In this document: one piece after another, positions 28,601-38,014 of the stretch | How positions within the stretch are numbered: the stretch's first letter is position 1 | Layout of the letters: each line of letters starts with the position of its first letter | Origin: a virus | DNA length: 64,000 bases | Strand: one strand, 5' to 3' | Virus record (IMG/VR): IMGVR_UViG_3300033146_005950 | Span: 18,181 to 82,180 of that record | The notes under the pieces: generated by a model | Told to the model about the DNA's origin: nothing | The model's database searches: none | The model's input: the letters and a program-made list of their open reading frames with translations, nothing else | Translations under genes and position numbers: made by a program

Positions 28601-29043
28601 AGTTCGCCATCTTTTATTGAATAAGTTGTATCTGTAAAAACAGCATTTTGAGGGACTGCAGTTTCAACTGTTAAATTATTTACTTTATTTGCGTTTTCGG
28701 CTAAATCAACAATACCGTTATCGTTTGTGTCATAAACAGATTTCTCCATATCTCCTGTGCCGCCCGGAGCAGTTCCGCCATTACCTAAATTCGCGATTTC
28801 CCAATCTGTGTTTTCTAATCCGTTTATAAGAGTATAAAATTTCTGTTCCCCATTATCATCAAGAACATTTACAAGCATTCCAATTTTTCTACGGTCAGCA
28901 GTAATTGCGTCTCTGCCATTTATTGTTTGTACAGTTCTATAACCGCCACGATTCCAAAATTCATCTTGAGTAGCGTAAATATCTTCCGTATCTGTTGGTG
29001 CAATGAAACCACCTAATCTAACTGAACCTGGTATTATAGCCAT
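25654..29043 (-). CDS. Tail fibre/adhesin with Gly-rich beta-roll repeats (NxxIG)
   Basis: Three blocks of ~14-aa NVAIG/NIFIG repeats, each ending EIVIGAN..G.GS.T.TIG...YGQL..KTDG.LY. Confidence 0.8.
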   Translation of the reverse strand: MAIIPGSVRLGGFIAPTDTEDIYATQDEFWNRGGYRTVQTINGRDAITADRRKIGMLVNVLDDNGEQKFYTLINGLENTDWEIANLGNGGTAPGGTGDMEKSVYDTNDNGIVDLAENANKVNNLTVETAVPQNAVFTDTTYSIKDGELSEKNFTSAYKTKLDLINELAEENVQPDWNETDTNSDAYILNKPEIAESLWETDGNILSSKNGESIIALADTQFTINFNTADANGINGFARFYKNAVFLGYAGPVNISTYTSSGQNFAYGVNALQNITTARGSVAFGRGALQNISTSNQNTAIGTFAGQNLVNGDNNILIGNASGKTATDLSDCVAIGTSAGYLSGANNLAIGSFALCTNDENAAGGDHNVAIGSQSLIRLSDGDYNLGLGSNAGRYDKNGAEITTYNHCTYLGFSTKSKANGQSNEIVIGANAAGNGSNTATIGASTNLANYFVGSVFIKEQTAAYTNLNDYGQLYTKTDGKLYYVSDDGTEYDLTEVGESGISSPLTTKGDIFVYSSGDARLPVGTDGYVLTADSSEVSGLKWVEASSGGSSLWETDGSVLNFAGNESILNIPENGSITQNNLNLIKSKNDSIFSGVNSGRVLTTGGNNVGIGPQTFYSMTEGDYNVALGASAQYSLTTGIHNLGFGYHSLLNNITGGNNISIGNRTLSTLTDGSFNIAMGYWAGYLDKDSNSVSNATYGIFIGNNSKPLTNNGTSEVIIGANTTYGQGSHTTTIGDINNTSLFSNGNLFIKEAVSISAVSGYGQMIAKTDGKLYFQNDSGTEFDLTAAANSGSKWTKNGNILSPANSETFIQMPIYGGIKSNGTDLIKSGPTYSIYLNGAGNNSNTGAHNIFNGKGAGVSITSGERNIFLGSNSGNKTTTASNNVFVGTTSGYNNITGYHNIFMGYYSGLNNTSGFYNVFIGRDAGSSNTTGSYNIAIGLYSGKGTSDKDKNTFIGYQSGQNSNATANTFYGYRSGTLTTSGSNNVAVGSSSLYSNTTGANNTVLGPVSLYNLTEGNNNISIGSSSGRYYNTGGDFLTKANNSIFLGYNVRAGADNGTNEIVIGANAVGKGSNTVTIGHTDITSLFSNGTIQIRENTPQTTLAGYGQLYVKTDGCLYFKNDAGVETKLT

Positions 29044-29110
29044 TTTATATTAAAGTCCTTGCTTTGAAATTTTCATTTGCTTTTTTAATAATATTTATTT
29101 TTTTTGTCAA

Positions 29111-32059
29111 TTATTTTACTTCAACTGCAATTGGTGCTGCCATTACATTAGTCGACCTATGTACATTATAATTAGTTGTAATTCCATAACTATTTGTAAC
29201 TTGAACCGTATAAGGATCATTAAAAGGAACATTAAATTGAGTCGTTGGGTCTATAAAACTTGTTGCTGTTCCAAATAAGCTTGGGTACGCAATATATTTA
29301 TAACCGCCGCCTTGGAAATTGTATGTTCCCTCAAATGATGCCGCTAATTGATTTACTCTTAAATTATGTACTCCATCTTCATTAATTGATGTTGCAGTAT
29401 TTTCTCCATAGAATCTTCTCCATTGCCAATAAACTACATAATCTTTACTAAATTCTATATTATTTGTATTCAATGCTTTTATCCTAAATCTATTATTTGT
29501 TGCTGAAGTTTTTGTAATTGGGGATAATATTAAATTTTCAGTACCGTCATTTGCAAGATTATCTTTAATTGTTGTTCCTGCTGTTAAATCTAAAATACTA
29601 ATTGAATCTTCCGTCACATTTTCTGGGTTTTCAATATTCCAAGTTGCTGTTGGGTTTTCAGGTGTTGAAGCGCCAACTTCAAGAGGAGTAGCCCAACCAA
29701 AATGAAACAAAGTAAAATTTGGAGTTTGATAAGGGTATAATAAATCATCCCACATTTCTTGAAGAGTTCTGTTATCAAAAGTACTCCCCTTCGCGATTCC
29801 GTGAATTGCTTCTGGAGTAGGATTAGGATTATTATAATAAATGTTTCCACCTGGCGATTCACCACCGCCGCCGTTTGATACTGAACTATAAAATAATATT
29901 GCAGCTGGGTTATTGCTCCAATTATCTAAATTAATTCTGATAATATCGCCCTTTGATAAAGCAACAGTATTAAATTCAAATATTACAGTGTTATCAGTTC
30001 CACTATCATTTGTTGAAACTAAAGTTGGTTGAACCGTGCCGCTTGCAATATTACCTTGTTCATTTATATAAATATTCATTTTTGTATTTGCTGCAATTTT
30101 ATTTGTTTTTAAAGTGACACATTTTATAAAACCGTTTTCGGTTACTTTCCAACCGGTGTCAATTGTTGAAGTGTCATTTGTACCGCCTGCAAATATTTCA
30201 GCATAAGGCGGTGCAGCAATATTTAATGAATAATTATATTGAGACCCCGACGCTGATGAAATTGCTGAGACTGCTGCGGCCACATAATCTTCAACATATT
30301 TTTTATATACAATATCATAATCTAAAGACGGAGTAAATGTTTGGTCAACTTGAACTGAGCCATCTTTTTTAAGGAATTTATCAAACTCCATTTGTAGATC
30401 TAATTGATTATTTACATCACCTGTTATTTCGCCCCATTTTCCACCACCGCTATTGCCGCCGTCATAATAGCCGCCACCCCCGCTATAAGATGCTGCGATT
30501 TTTTTAACTGTATCAATTGTCGCTAAATGATTGTCATTTACAGGAGTGCTGTTTGTTGAAATATTTCCGTCTATAAAATATTCTTTGTCACCTGTTTTTT
30601 GTAATGGAAATTTGGGTAATTTTTTATTTACTTTTTTTTCAATTATATTTGCAGAATTTTTAATGTCTTCTTTTATTGAATTTGTAATATCATCTAAATC
30701 ATCAAACGTAATGTAACTATGTTTTGAAGTAAGTTTACCGTCTATTATTTGAAATTCATCTTCATCAAAATTGAAATTTAATATATTATCAGAAGTTAAA
30801 TTTAATGCAGAATATTTTGCAATTGTCAATGGTTCAATTTTAATATCAGAAACATTACTTGCAACGACGTTTTCTTTTTTTGCCCCCGATATAATTAACT
30901 CTTTTATTACATTAATTTTATCAGTAATATGTTTTTCTATTTTAGCTAAGTCTTGGTCTGTCGCAAATTTTGTATTGTTTATATAAACTTCGTCATTTTC
31001 TAATTTAATTGGTACGTCATTTATTTTTTCAGCAAATATATCGCCGCTTAAATATAAATCTCCATCTTCATTTTTAATTGTTAAAGATTTGCCATTTTTA
31101 TTTATGAGCTGTATTAAATTTTGTTGAACATCTATTTTGAAGGCATTATGTTCGTGATTTAATGCAAGTAAACGTTCTGACATTACCCAATTATTTGAAT
31201 ATAAGACACCGCCCTCTTCTTTAATATCAGACTCAATTAAATCTCCATTTTGTCCTTTTTTAACAAACTGAAAATTATTTAATTTATCAATTTGCGATAA
31301 TAATGATTTTAATAAACTTAAAGTATTATTATCAATATGGGTATCATTTTCTTTTACATCTTCTAAATCAGAATGTTTTGAAATTTTAGAAGTAATATTA
31401 TAAGTTTCTTCGCCAATCTTTACAAATAAGTCTTTCTCATCTGCAAAGAAACTAAACATCGTCGTTTCAATTGAACCGTTTGGGTTTATTATAAATGTTT
31501 CATTTAACTCGCCATCTGCATTTGAAACAAAATATAAAAACCTCCCTTCTTCATCTAATCTTATTAATTGAGATGTTTTATTATTATTGATTTTTTTATA
31601 AGAGTCGCCGTTAAAACCCTGCGGTATGAATAAATTATTTGAGATTTCTAATTTATCATTTTTATTATAAAAACCGTTTTTATTAGTAACAAAACCGTTT
31701 AAGTCATCGTTCCATTTTATTTCGTCATTATTTAATTTGATTAATGACTTGTTAGATAAAATTGAATTTTGAAATTCTTCATCAGAATAAAAAGAAACAT
31801 TGTATAATTGTTCGGCAAATTCATTAACTTTTTCATCAAGAGTTATTTCTATATATTCATTTAATTTATTAATTATTTGTTGGTTTGTTTGGTCTTTTAC
31901 TAATGATAAAATTTTAGAATCATCTGAAAACACAAAAGTTGAATAACCAGTTTTTGTTTTATATGCAATTGTGCCGTCTGCAGTAAAGCCTATGTCGCCG
32001 CGTTTTATATTATTAATTAAATCATCAATACTTAAAAACTGATTAAACATAAAAATCAT
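29111..32059 (-). CDS. Large virion structural/fibre protein
   Basis: WGEITGDVNNQLDLQ and KKYVEDY stalk motifs; a domain shared with the 18801 gene C-terminus; AAATAAATA upstream. Confidence 0.7.
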   Translation of the reverse strand: MIFMFNQFLSIDDLINNIKRGDIGFTADGTIAYKTKTGYSTFVFSDDSKILSLVKDQTNQQIINKLNEYIEITLDEKVNEFAEQLYNVSFYSDEEFQNSILSNKSLIKLNNDEIKWNDDLNGFVTNKNGFYNKNDKLEISNNLFIPQGFNGDSYKKINNNKTSQLIRLDEEGRFLYFVSNADGELNETFIINPNGSIETTMFSFFADEKDLFVKIGEETYNITSKISKHSDLEDVKENDTHIDNNTLSLLKSLLSQIDKLNNFQFVKKGQNGDLIESDIKEEGGVLYSNNWVMSERLLALNHEHNAFKIDVQQNLIQLINKNGKSLTIKNEDGDLYLSGDIFAEKINDVPIKLENDEVYINNTKFATDQDLAKIEKHITDKINVIKELIISGAKKENVVASNVSDIKIEPLTIAKYSALNLTSDNILNFNFDEDEFQIIDGKLTSKHSYITFDDLDDITNSIKEDIKNSANIIEKKVNKKLPKFPLQKTGDKEYFIDGNISTNSTPVNDNHLATIDTVKKIAASYSGGGGYYDGGNSGGGKWGEITGDVNNQLDLQMEFDKFLKKDGSVQVDQTFTPSLDYDIVYKKYVEDYVAAAVSAISSASGSQYNYSLNIAAPPYAEIFAGGTNDTSTIDTGWKVTENGFIKCVTLKTNKIAANTKMNIYINEQGNIASGTVQPTLVSTNDSGTDNTVIFEFNTVALSKGDIIRINLDNWSNNPAAILFYSSVSNGGGGESPGGNIYYNNPNPTPEAIHGIAKGSTFDNRTLQEMWDDLLYPYQTPNFTLFHFGWATPLEVGASTPENPTATWNIENPENVTEDSISILDLTAGTTIKDNLANDGTENLILSPITKTSATNNRFRIKALNTNNIEFSKDYVVYWQWRRFYGENTATSINEDGVHNLRVNQLAASFEGTYNFQGGGYKYIAYPSLFGTATSFIDPTTQFNVPFNDPYTVQVTNSYGITTNYNVHRSTNVMAAPIAVEVK

Positions 32060-32122
32060 CCCTCATATTAAAAAATACATCTTATTTGATAGTATTTATT
32101 TTTAAGGGATAACGTGGTTTAT

Positions 32123-32168
32123 AAACTAAGCCGTAAAAATACAACTCTTTAGAGTTGTGTTAGTTCAC
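32123..32168 (+). mobile_element. 46-bp ends-only derivative of the IS200/IS605-like element
   Basis: TTTAT|AAACTAAGCC (same as the left end at 18771) joined via GTAAAA to ATACAACTCT-TT-AGAGTTGTGT-TAGTTCAC (right-end hairpin and terminus). Confidence 0.75.
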
Positions 32169-32389
32169 TTTAAATTTGCGTTTTCTGGGTTTTGATTGCA
32201 AATTATGACTTTAGGGTGTTTTGCTTTTTTGAATACTAATTTATTTTTGTATTTCTCCCAAAGTCTTTTTGAAATTATAATTTGGTCATATTCAAACATT
32301 ATTTGGGGGTGTCCTTTATAATTTTCAGACACGACTAAAGTTAGTAAGCCATTTAATTCAATCCAAATATAGTTTTCTACTTTTCTCAT
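32165..32389 (-). CDS. Small hypothetical protein
   Basis: 74 aa; late motif upstream; its TGA stop lies inside the mini-element terminus. Confidence 0.6.
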   Translation of the reverse strand: MRKVENYIWIELNGLLTLVVSENYKGHPQIMFEYDQIIISKRLWEKYKNKLVFKKAKHPKVIICNQNPENANLK

Positions 32390-32460
32390 ATGTTATATAA
32401 AATGCTTCCTTAAATATTATGAGCTTTTTTATATTTATTTTTTGAAACTGTTTTAAGACT

Positions 32461-32500
32461 AAAAAAGAGGTTTGAAAATAAAAATTTACAAACCTCTTAA
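32461..32500 (-). terminator. Terminator after the major capsid gene
   Basis: AAGAGGTTTG...CAAACCTCTT stem with a T-tract on the minus strand. Confidence 0.75.
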
Positions 32501-32538
32501 AAATTATATAATTAAAAAAATTAATTATTAAATTTTAT

Positions 32539-34014
32539 TTACCAAACGTCGATTCCAGTTACAGTATTTATACCTTTGAAATTAATCAAACGATAAAAAC
32601 TACCGGCTGAAAGCAAGCTGGTACTAATTGCATAACGTGATTTAACACCAACTCTTGGAGCGAAGTTATCTTCACTTGTTGCAGAATACTGTACATTCAT
32701 TTTGTATGGACTAAAAACAACTCCACCGTCTGTCATTCCTGGTCCTTTATACCCAATAAGAGCATATTCATTAGTAGCGAACTGATCAAGATAAACAGAA
32801 ATTGAGTTATTAAGAGTACCAATAAGAGTTGACTCAGAACCTGAAAGAATTATACCTGGTTCAACATTTGAAGTATTCGCAGTAAAAGCAGCGTTTGCAG
32901 CTTTAAGAACTGATGCAACTCCATTCGAAACAACAACGAAGTTACCTGGACCACGAAGAGCCGCGCCAGCAATAACAGTTGAAGCATAAACGATTGCATT
33001 TGTTACCATTGCAGTTTTAGCACGAATATCAGAAACAGAAGTAATATCAACATTTGCAGCAACATCTCCACCGTCACCATTAATAGCAGTCCATTTCAAT
33101 GCCTGAAGCATTTCACGGTCAAGCTCCTGAACAACTTCCTGATGAAGTGTATTAATCATATCAAGCTTAAGATCGAAGTTATGCATTGCAAGTACATCTT
33201 CAAGTACATTCAATGAAAAAGTAGCAGCAAGCATTCTGTCACCAGCGCGAACTGTTTTCTGATCCCATTTAGTTGTTAGCTCAGGCCATTTAGTATTTGC
33301 ATCATTAGAATTAAGAATCCAACCTTCAGCGTCATTTGATGCAGCAGCTTTACCGAAGTCAGCAGCACCAGAAGTTGCTTGAGTTCCACGGTCAGCTTTA
33401 CCCTCAATATCCCCAAGAATCTGAGTAGGAGTTGTGTCATCATCAACCTGAACAGTTTGCCCTTCAACAAAACCAGAATCTTTTGCAAAACCAGTTGTAA
33501 CATCAGTAGAAGTTAAAGTATAAGTGTCACCTTTATATCCACCAGTATAACCAGAATACTCAGGAACTGATTTCCAAGCAGCTTCAACACCTTGATCTGT
33601 TGCAGAGGAAATAGAATCTTTATAAACAGTTCTCTTTGCAAAAGCAATTCCAACAGGTCCAGTCATAGGCTGAACAGCAACAAGTTTATTAGCAAAAAGT
33701 GAAGGAACAACACGACGAGCAAGAGCAAAAGAAATGGGTTTGAACTCGTGAGCTTGTGCATTAGCAGTTCCGTTAAGCATTCCACCAACACCGTAAGCAG
33801 GAAGGTTTGTACCGTCCGAGAAAGCACCTGAGTGAGTTGAAGCATTTGCAGCAGCTTCCTCAACCATTTCTGTTGCGCCTTCATCAATATTATTAAGCAC
33901 AAGAGTAGTTGCGCTCTTTACAATTTCATCTTGGATAAGGTCTACACCAAGAGCAGCATTTTTTCCAGATGTCCATTTTTTAAGAACGTCTGCAGTAGCA
34001 ATATTTACTGACAT
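32539..34014 (-). CDS. Major capsid protein (T4 gp23-like)
   Basis: LARRVVPSLFANKLVAVQPMTGPVGIAFA, ELDREML, RGPGNFVVVS, IGYKG, FSPY, FAPRVGVKSRYA. Confidence 0.97.
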   Translation of the reverse strand: MSVNIATADVLKKWTSGKNAALGVDLIQDEIVKSATTLVLNNIDEGATEMVEEAAANASTHSGAFSDGTNLPAYGVGGMLNGTANAQAHEFKPISFALARRVVPSLFANKLVAVQPMTGPVGIAFAKRTVYKDSISSATDQGVEAAWKSVPEYSGYTGGYKGDTYTLTSTDVTTGFAKDSGFVEGQTVQVDDDTTPTQILGDIEGKADRGTQATSGAADFGKAAASNDAEGWILNSNDANTKWPELTTKWDQKTVRAGDRMLAATFSLNVLEDVLAMHNFDLKLDMINTLHQEVVQELDREMLQALKWTAINGDGGDVAANVDITSVSDIRAKTAMVTNAIVYASTVIAGAALRGPGNFVVVSNGVASVLKAANAAFTANTSNVEPGIILSGSESTLIGTLNNSISVYLDQFATNEYALIGYKGPGMTDGGVVFSPYKMNVQYSATSEDNFAPRVGVKSRYAISTSLLSAGSFYRLINFKGINTVTGIDVW

Positions 34015-34119
34015 ATTAAAAATCTCCTTTTTATATTATTTGTTTTATATGTAAATGATTGGCTAAATTTTCACTTAACCAATCTATTGTTTTATTTATT
34101 TTTGATTAAAGATGCTTTA

Positions 34120-35007
34120 TTAGAGATACTTTGCAGCTTCTTCAATTAGAGGATTAACCTCAACTTTCTGTTCATTGTCTTCATTAGATTCAAACTGAGC
34201 AAAAATGTTTCTCTCTGTTTTATCTACTTTATTATTTACAGACTCTTCAATCATAGTCTCTATATAATTATCAATCCTGCGAGCAATAAATCTATCACTC
34301 TTGTTTGAAAATTTCTTTATTACTTGTCTTGAAAGTTTCGCAGGTAGACCTTTGATTGACTCTTCAACAAGAGGGTTCAGTTTTGGCTCTTCAATAGATT
34401 CTTCAACCATTCTGCGTTTTGAAGGTCTTGGTCGTCTTGTCCGTCTTTTCAAAAATCTTTCACGGGCGATTTTTACTGATTCCTCAATAACATCTTCTTC
34501 ATCTTCAGATTCTTTTTCATCTTCAGATTCTTTTTCATCTTCAGATTCTTTTTCATCTTCAGATTCTTTTTCATCTTCAGATTCTTTTTCATCTTCAGAT
34601 TCTTTATCTTCAGCTGATTGCAACCTGTCAATATGGCTTTCCTCTTCAACAAGTTTTAACTCAAGATAGTCAGAAATGTAATTCATTACCTTATCATTAA
34701 GTTCTTCTTTATATTCTTCAGCTTCTTCAACAAGAGCATCAACTTCTTTTTGAACCTTAGTTTTTACTGATTCCTCAATAACTTGTTCATTTTTAGCAAG
34801 CTCATCTGCAACTCTTTTATTTGCAATTTCTTCAGCAATTTTTGTTGCTTCTTCAACAAGTTTTGCATCTCTCTTTGCTTCTTCTTCAACAAGCTCTTTA
34901 GCCTTTGAATCTACAGCAGCCGCGAAACTATCTTCTATTGAAGACATATCTTTTGCTTCTATTATTCCGTCGGCTACGAGTTTTGTTAGTACGTTTTTAT
35001 AACTCAT
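34120..35007 (-). CDS. Prohead scaffolding/core protein (gp22-like)
   Basis: Between protease and capsid genes; acidic coiled coil; many (I/V)EE(S/A) sites; (SEDEKE)n tract. Confidence 0.9.
   Translation of the reverse strand: MSYKNVLTKLVADGIIEAKDMSSIEDSFAAAVDSKAKELVEEEAKRDAKLVEEATKIAEEIANKRVADELAKNEQVIEESVKTKVQKEVDALVEEAEEYKEELNDKVMNYISDYLELKLVEEESHIDRLQSAEDKESEDEKESEDEKESEDEKESEDEKESEDEKESEDEEDVIEESVKIARERFLKRRTRRPRPSKRRMVEESIEEPKLNPLVEESIKGLPAKLSRQVIKKFSNKSDRFIARRIDNYIETMIEESVNNKVDKTERNIFAQFESNEDNEQKVEVNPLIEEAAKYL
34499..34612 (-). repeat. 18-nt tandem repeat encoding (ESEDEK)n in the scaffold gene
   Basis: TCATCTTCAGATTCTTTT repeated about five times plus degenerate flanking units. Confidence 0.9.
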
Positions 35008-35031
35008 ACTAATTTATCTCCTTTTCTATTA

Positions 35032-35685
35032 TTATAAATGATAAAAAAGATTCTTTATTGCGGCTGCAATATCTTCATCTTTTTTCTTCTTTTTACTTAC
35101 TTCAGTTTTAAGATTTTTGATTGAGTTTGATAAAAATACATTACCTTGTTCATCTATATCATATTCAATTGATTCTAATATTGGATCAACCATACTTGAA
35201 TGATTGGATGGGTTAAAAACTAAATCAACGGCAAGAACTTTAAAATTGTTTTGCATTTCTCGTTTTTCATTAAAAGTACCTAATGCACGAATTGAAACTC
35301 CGAAAGGTATTTTTTCATCTATCAAAGTACAAGCAACTCTACCTGTGTCTGATTTATTTGGGTTTAATATTCTACTTGTGCCAACTAATTCATTTCCAAT
35401 ATATTCGAGCTGATTAATTTTATGAACAATTTTATTTAATGTTATATCAATTTTATGAGGGTGGTCGAGCTCGCCAATGCCACGTCCTGTTTTAACGTTT
35501 TGCTCAATAAAAGTATCCCAACCAGCTTTAACATTTTCTAACGGGTAAATATTTCCATTTATATTTTTAGCATTGAAAGTTTGATATGGGCCAACTATTT
35601 TATAAGTTTTATTATCTCCAACACCTTCTTCAACAACATCATAATCATACCCGTTATTATATAAGCTTTCTTCAATAAGTTTCAT
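35032..35685 (-). CDS. Prohead protease (gp21-like)
   Basis: KNINGNIYP, GIGELDHP (His), FGVSIRALG (Ser), AVDLVFNPS. Confidence 0.95.
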   Translation of the reverse strand: MKLIEESLYNNGYDYDVVEEGVGDNKTYKIVGPYQTFNAKNINGNIYPLENVKAGWDTFIEQNVKTGRGIGELDHPHKIDITLNKIVHKINQLEYIGNELVGTSRILNPNKSDTGRVACTLIDEKIPFGVSIRALGTFNEKREMQNNFKVLAVDLVFNPSNHSSMVDPILESIEYDIDEQGNVFLSNSIKNLKTEVSKKKKKDEDIAAAIKNLFYHL

Positions 35686-35687
35686 TA

Positions 35688-35816
35688 TTATTCCTCAGTT
35701 TGTTCTTCTGTTTTGTTTATTTTTTTAAGTTTTTCTTTAGATTTTTCAATTTGCTCATCTAAAATCTTATTTGCTTCACCAGTTAAATTTTGCTCTATTG
35801 CTTCAACTAAATTCAT
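35688..35816 (-). CDS. Small prohead core protein (gp67/gp68 position), below the ORF-track cutoff
   Basis: MNLVEAIEQNLTGEANKILDEQIEKSKEKLKKINKTEEQTEE, 42 aa; GGAGG RBS; between portal and protease. Confidence 0.75.
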   Translation of the reverse strand: MNLVEAIEQNLTGEANKILDEQIEKSKEKLKKINKTEEQTEE

Positions 35817-35865
35817 TTTATTTTCCTCCACTTATACATTATAATTTATTTATTTTTTAAAAGTT

Positions 35866-37458
35866 TTACCACTTTCTTTTGCTGCCTGAATCTTCCCCAT
35901 CATCTTTAGGTTCTAATTTTTTTTGTTCTTCTATTAATAATCTGTTCTCTTCTAATTCTGATTCTGTAAAGCCACAAACGCTTTTTAGCACCCAATCTCT
36001 ACTTAAAAAACCGTTTGGTGCATCTTCTGAGTCATAAATATAATCTGACGCATTATCATACATTTCTAATTTTGTCGACCATAACTCAGATTTTAGGTAA
36101 AGTTGATATTTTGATGCTTCATTCCATACAATTGAATAAAACTTCTTATCAATATATTTGTCATCAACACCTTCAAGTTTTAGTAATAATTCAAATGGCG
36201 TTATTAAAACAGGACTAAAATTTCTTTTATATTTTTCTAATTTTTGAGCAAATTGTTGTTCATCTCTTGTTATCGACTCTGTTCTTGCTTCCCACTCTCC
36301 CATTTCGTCTGAGTCCCATCGCCCTTTTGGAATTCCTAAACCTTTATATAACTTTGCAATAAACATTTTAACATCTTCAAGTTCACCTAATTGCATTCCG
36401 CCTGAAATTGAATCTACTTCAGTTTTATTTCCGTCTTCCCCAACTGCAAACCATAAATCGTCAATTATTGATTTAATATGAGATTTTTGCGATATTTCAC
36501 CTGTATTATAATTATAATCGTTTACTTTATTATAACGCTTTGCTAAATTTTTCAAATAATTTTGTGCCGGGCCTGATTTTAGTTTTCCTGTATAAACATT
36601 AAAAACTCTCATTTCAGGAGCTCTTGTCCATCTATAAATTGCTAAAGAATCATCAATCATTTTCATATGATTGTAAGTTTTCATTACAATATCGTACGGG
36701 CTACGGACATCATATAAAGAATTACCATATTTTCCACTATTCAAATAAATAATTTGATTGGGTGCAAATTCTTTTATAATATCCTCTTTTTTCAATTTAT
36801 ATAAAGAATTTGAAATAGACTTTAATTTAATATCATTTATTTGAACGAACTTCTCAATAATGTTCATTTTATTATAAACAGGTAGCATTGTATAAGATGG
36901 CAATATTTGATAACCTATTATTTTTGTTTTATCTGTGCTTGGAATCAATTCTATAAATAATTCAGCTTCTATAAATAATTTTTCGAACATTATATCCGCA
37001 ACATTATTAAAATCAAACAAATCATAGTAAACTTTATAAAATACTTTAGAATAAATCTTTTTAATATTTTCAGGTATTTTTTCGGTTGTTTCATTTATTT
37101 TTAATTTGCAAATTTCGTCGTCGGTGTTCTTTGTAATTGTTTCATTTACAATTATTTCAGTCGCGTCATATATTTCTGGGTAATTCGCCATCTGCTGATA
37201 TTTTGCGATTTTTGATTTTTTAGAATTTACAATATTTAAAAAGTCAGAACCTTCATTTGACACTTCATTCGCTGCAAATGCTCCAGAACCATTTTGTTCT
37301 GAAGTAAGTCTTTTTTGTAGTTCTATTAAATCTGGGTCAACATAACCTTGTGCTTGTGAATTATCGCTTGCTTGCTTTACTTCTTGTGTTAGTTCTTTGC
37401 TAATTAATTTTTTGAAAAAACCAAAGAACTTATTTTTGTTATTCTGTGAAACAGCCAT
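35866..37458 (-). CDS. Portal protein (gp20-like)
   Basis: YQQMANYPEIYDA, DDSLAIYRWTRAPEMRVFNV, LGELEDVKMF..KLYKGLGIPKGR, ITRDE..F. Confidence 0.96.
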   Translation of the reverse strand: MAVSQNNKNKFFGFFKKLISKELTQEVKQASDNSQAQGYVDPDLIELQKRLTSEQNGSGAFAANEVSNEGSDFLNIVNSKKSKIAKYQQMANYPEIYDATEIIVNETITKNTDDEICKLKINETTEKIPENIKKIYSKVFYKVYYDLFDFNNVADIMFEKLFIEAELFIELIPSTDKTKIIGYQILPSYTMLPVYNKMNIIEKFVQINDIKLKSISNSLYKLKKEDIIKEFAPNQIIYLNSGKYGNSLYDVRSPYDIVMKTYNHMKMIDDSLAIYRWTRAPEMRVFNVYTGKLKSGPAQNYLKNLAKRYNKVNDYNYNTGEISQKSHIKSIIDDLWFAVGEDGNKTEVDSISGGMQLGELEDVKMFIAKLYKGLGIPKGRWDSDEMGEWEARTESITRDEQQFAQKLEKYKRNFSPVLITPFELLLKLEGVDDKYIDKKFYSIVWNEASKYQLYLKSELWSTKLEMYDNASDYIYDSEDAPNGFLSRDWVLKSVCGFTESELEENRLLIEEQKKLEPKDDGEDSGSKRKW

Positions 37459-37503
37459 ATTTTATTTTACCTTTTTAATAATAATTAAACATTAAATTCA
37501 AAA

Positions 37504-38007
37504 TTATTTATTTTTTTCATAATTGCGCATTCTTGCTTCAAAAGTTGATTGTTCATATGTTTTAGTTGCAATTTGTATAAACTCATCAATATTTGTTTCA
37601 TCTACTTCATATAATTTTACAACACTGTCAACTAAGTATTTCCTGACTGCGAACGGAGAAGTTTTTTCTATTACTTTTAAATCATTATAAGAAATTGTTT
37701 TTAAATTTTTAGAAAGAAGCCCATCTAAAATTTTCTTTCTAATTTTTATAGGTAGATGATGGAAATTTATTCCAGTAAAATATGTTTGTGTTGAATATGT
37801 TATACTGTAAATAAATGTAAGTGGGTAGGAATCAAAAAATTTTAGTTCATTAAAATTATAATCAAGTTTATAGTCATAAACAAAAGTATAAAATTTACCT
37901 TTTTGAATTTTTGATTTTCTTTTCGCATTTTTAGTTACAAATCTATCATATTGCTTGAAAGATTTAGTTTCAAATAAAGAACGTAAAAAACCAGTTGTAA
38001 ATAACAT
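37504..38007 (-). CDS. DNA end-protector protein (gp2-like)
   Basis: GKFYTFVYD.K......FFDSYPL...FTGINFHHLP...R...VRKYL. Confidence 0.85.
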   Translation of the reverse strand: MLFTTGFLRSLFETKSFKQYDRFVTKNAKRKSKIQKGKFYTFVYDYKLDYNFNELKFFDSYPLTFIYSITYSTQTYFTGINFHHLPIKIRKKILDGLLSKNLKTISYNDLKVIEKTSPFAVRKYLVDSVVKLYEVDETNIDEFIQIATKTYEQSTFEARMRNYEKNK

Positions 38008-38014
38008 TTTTTTT

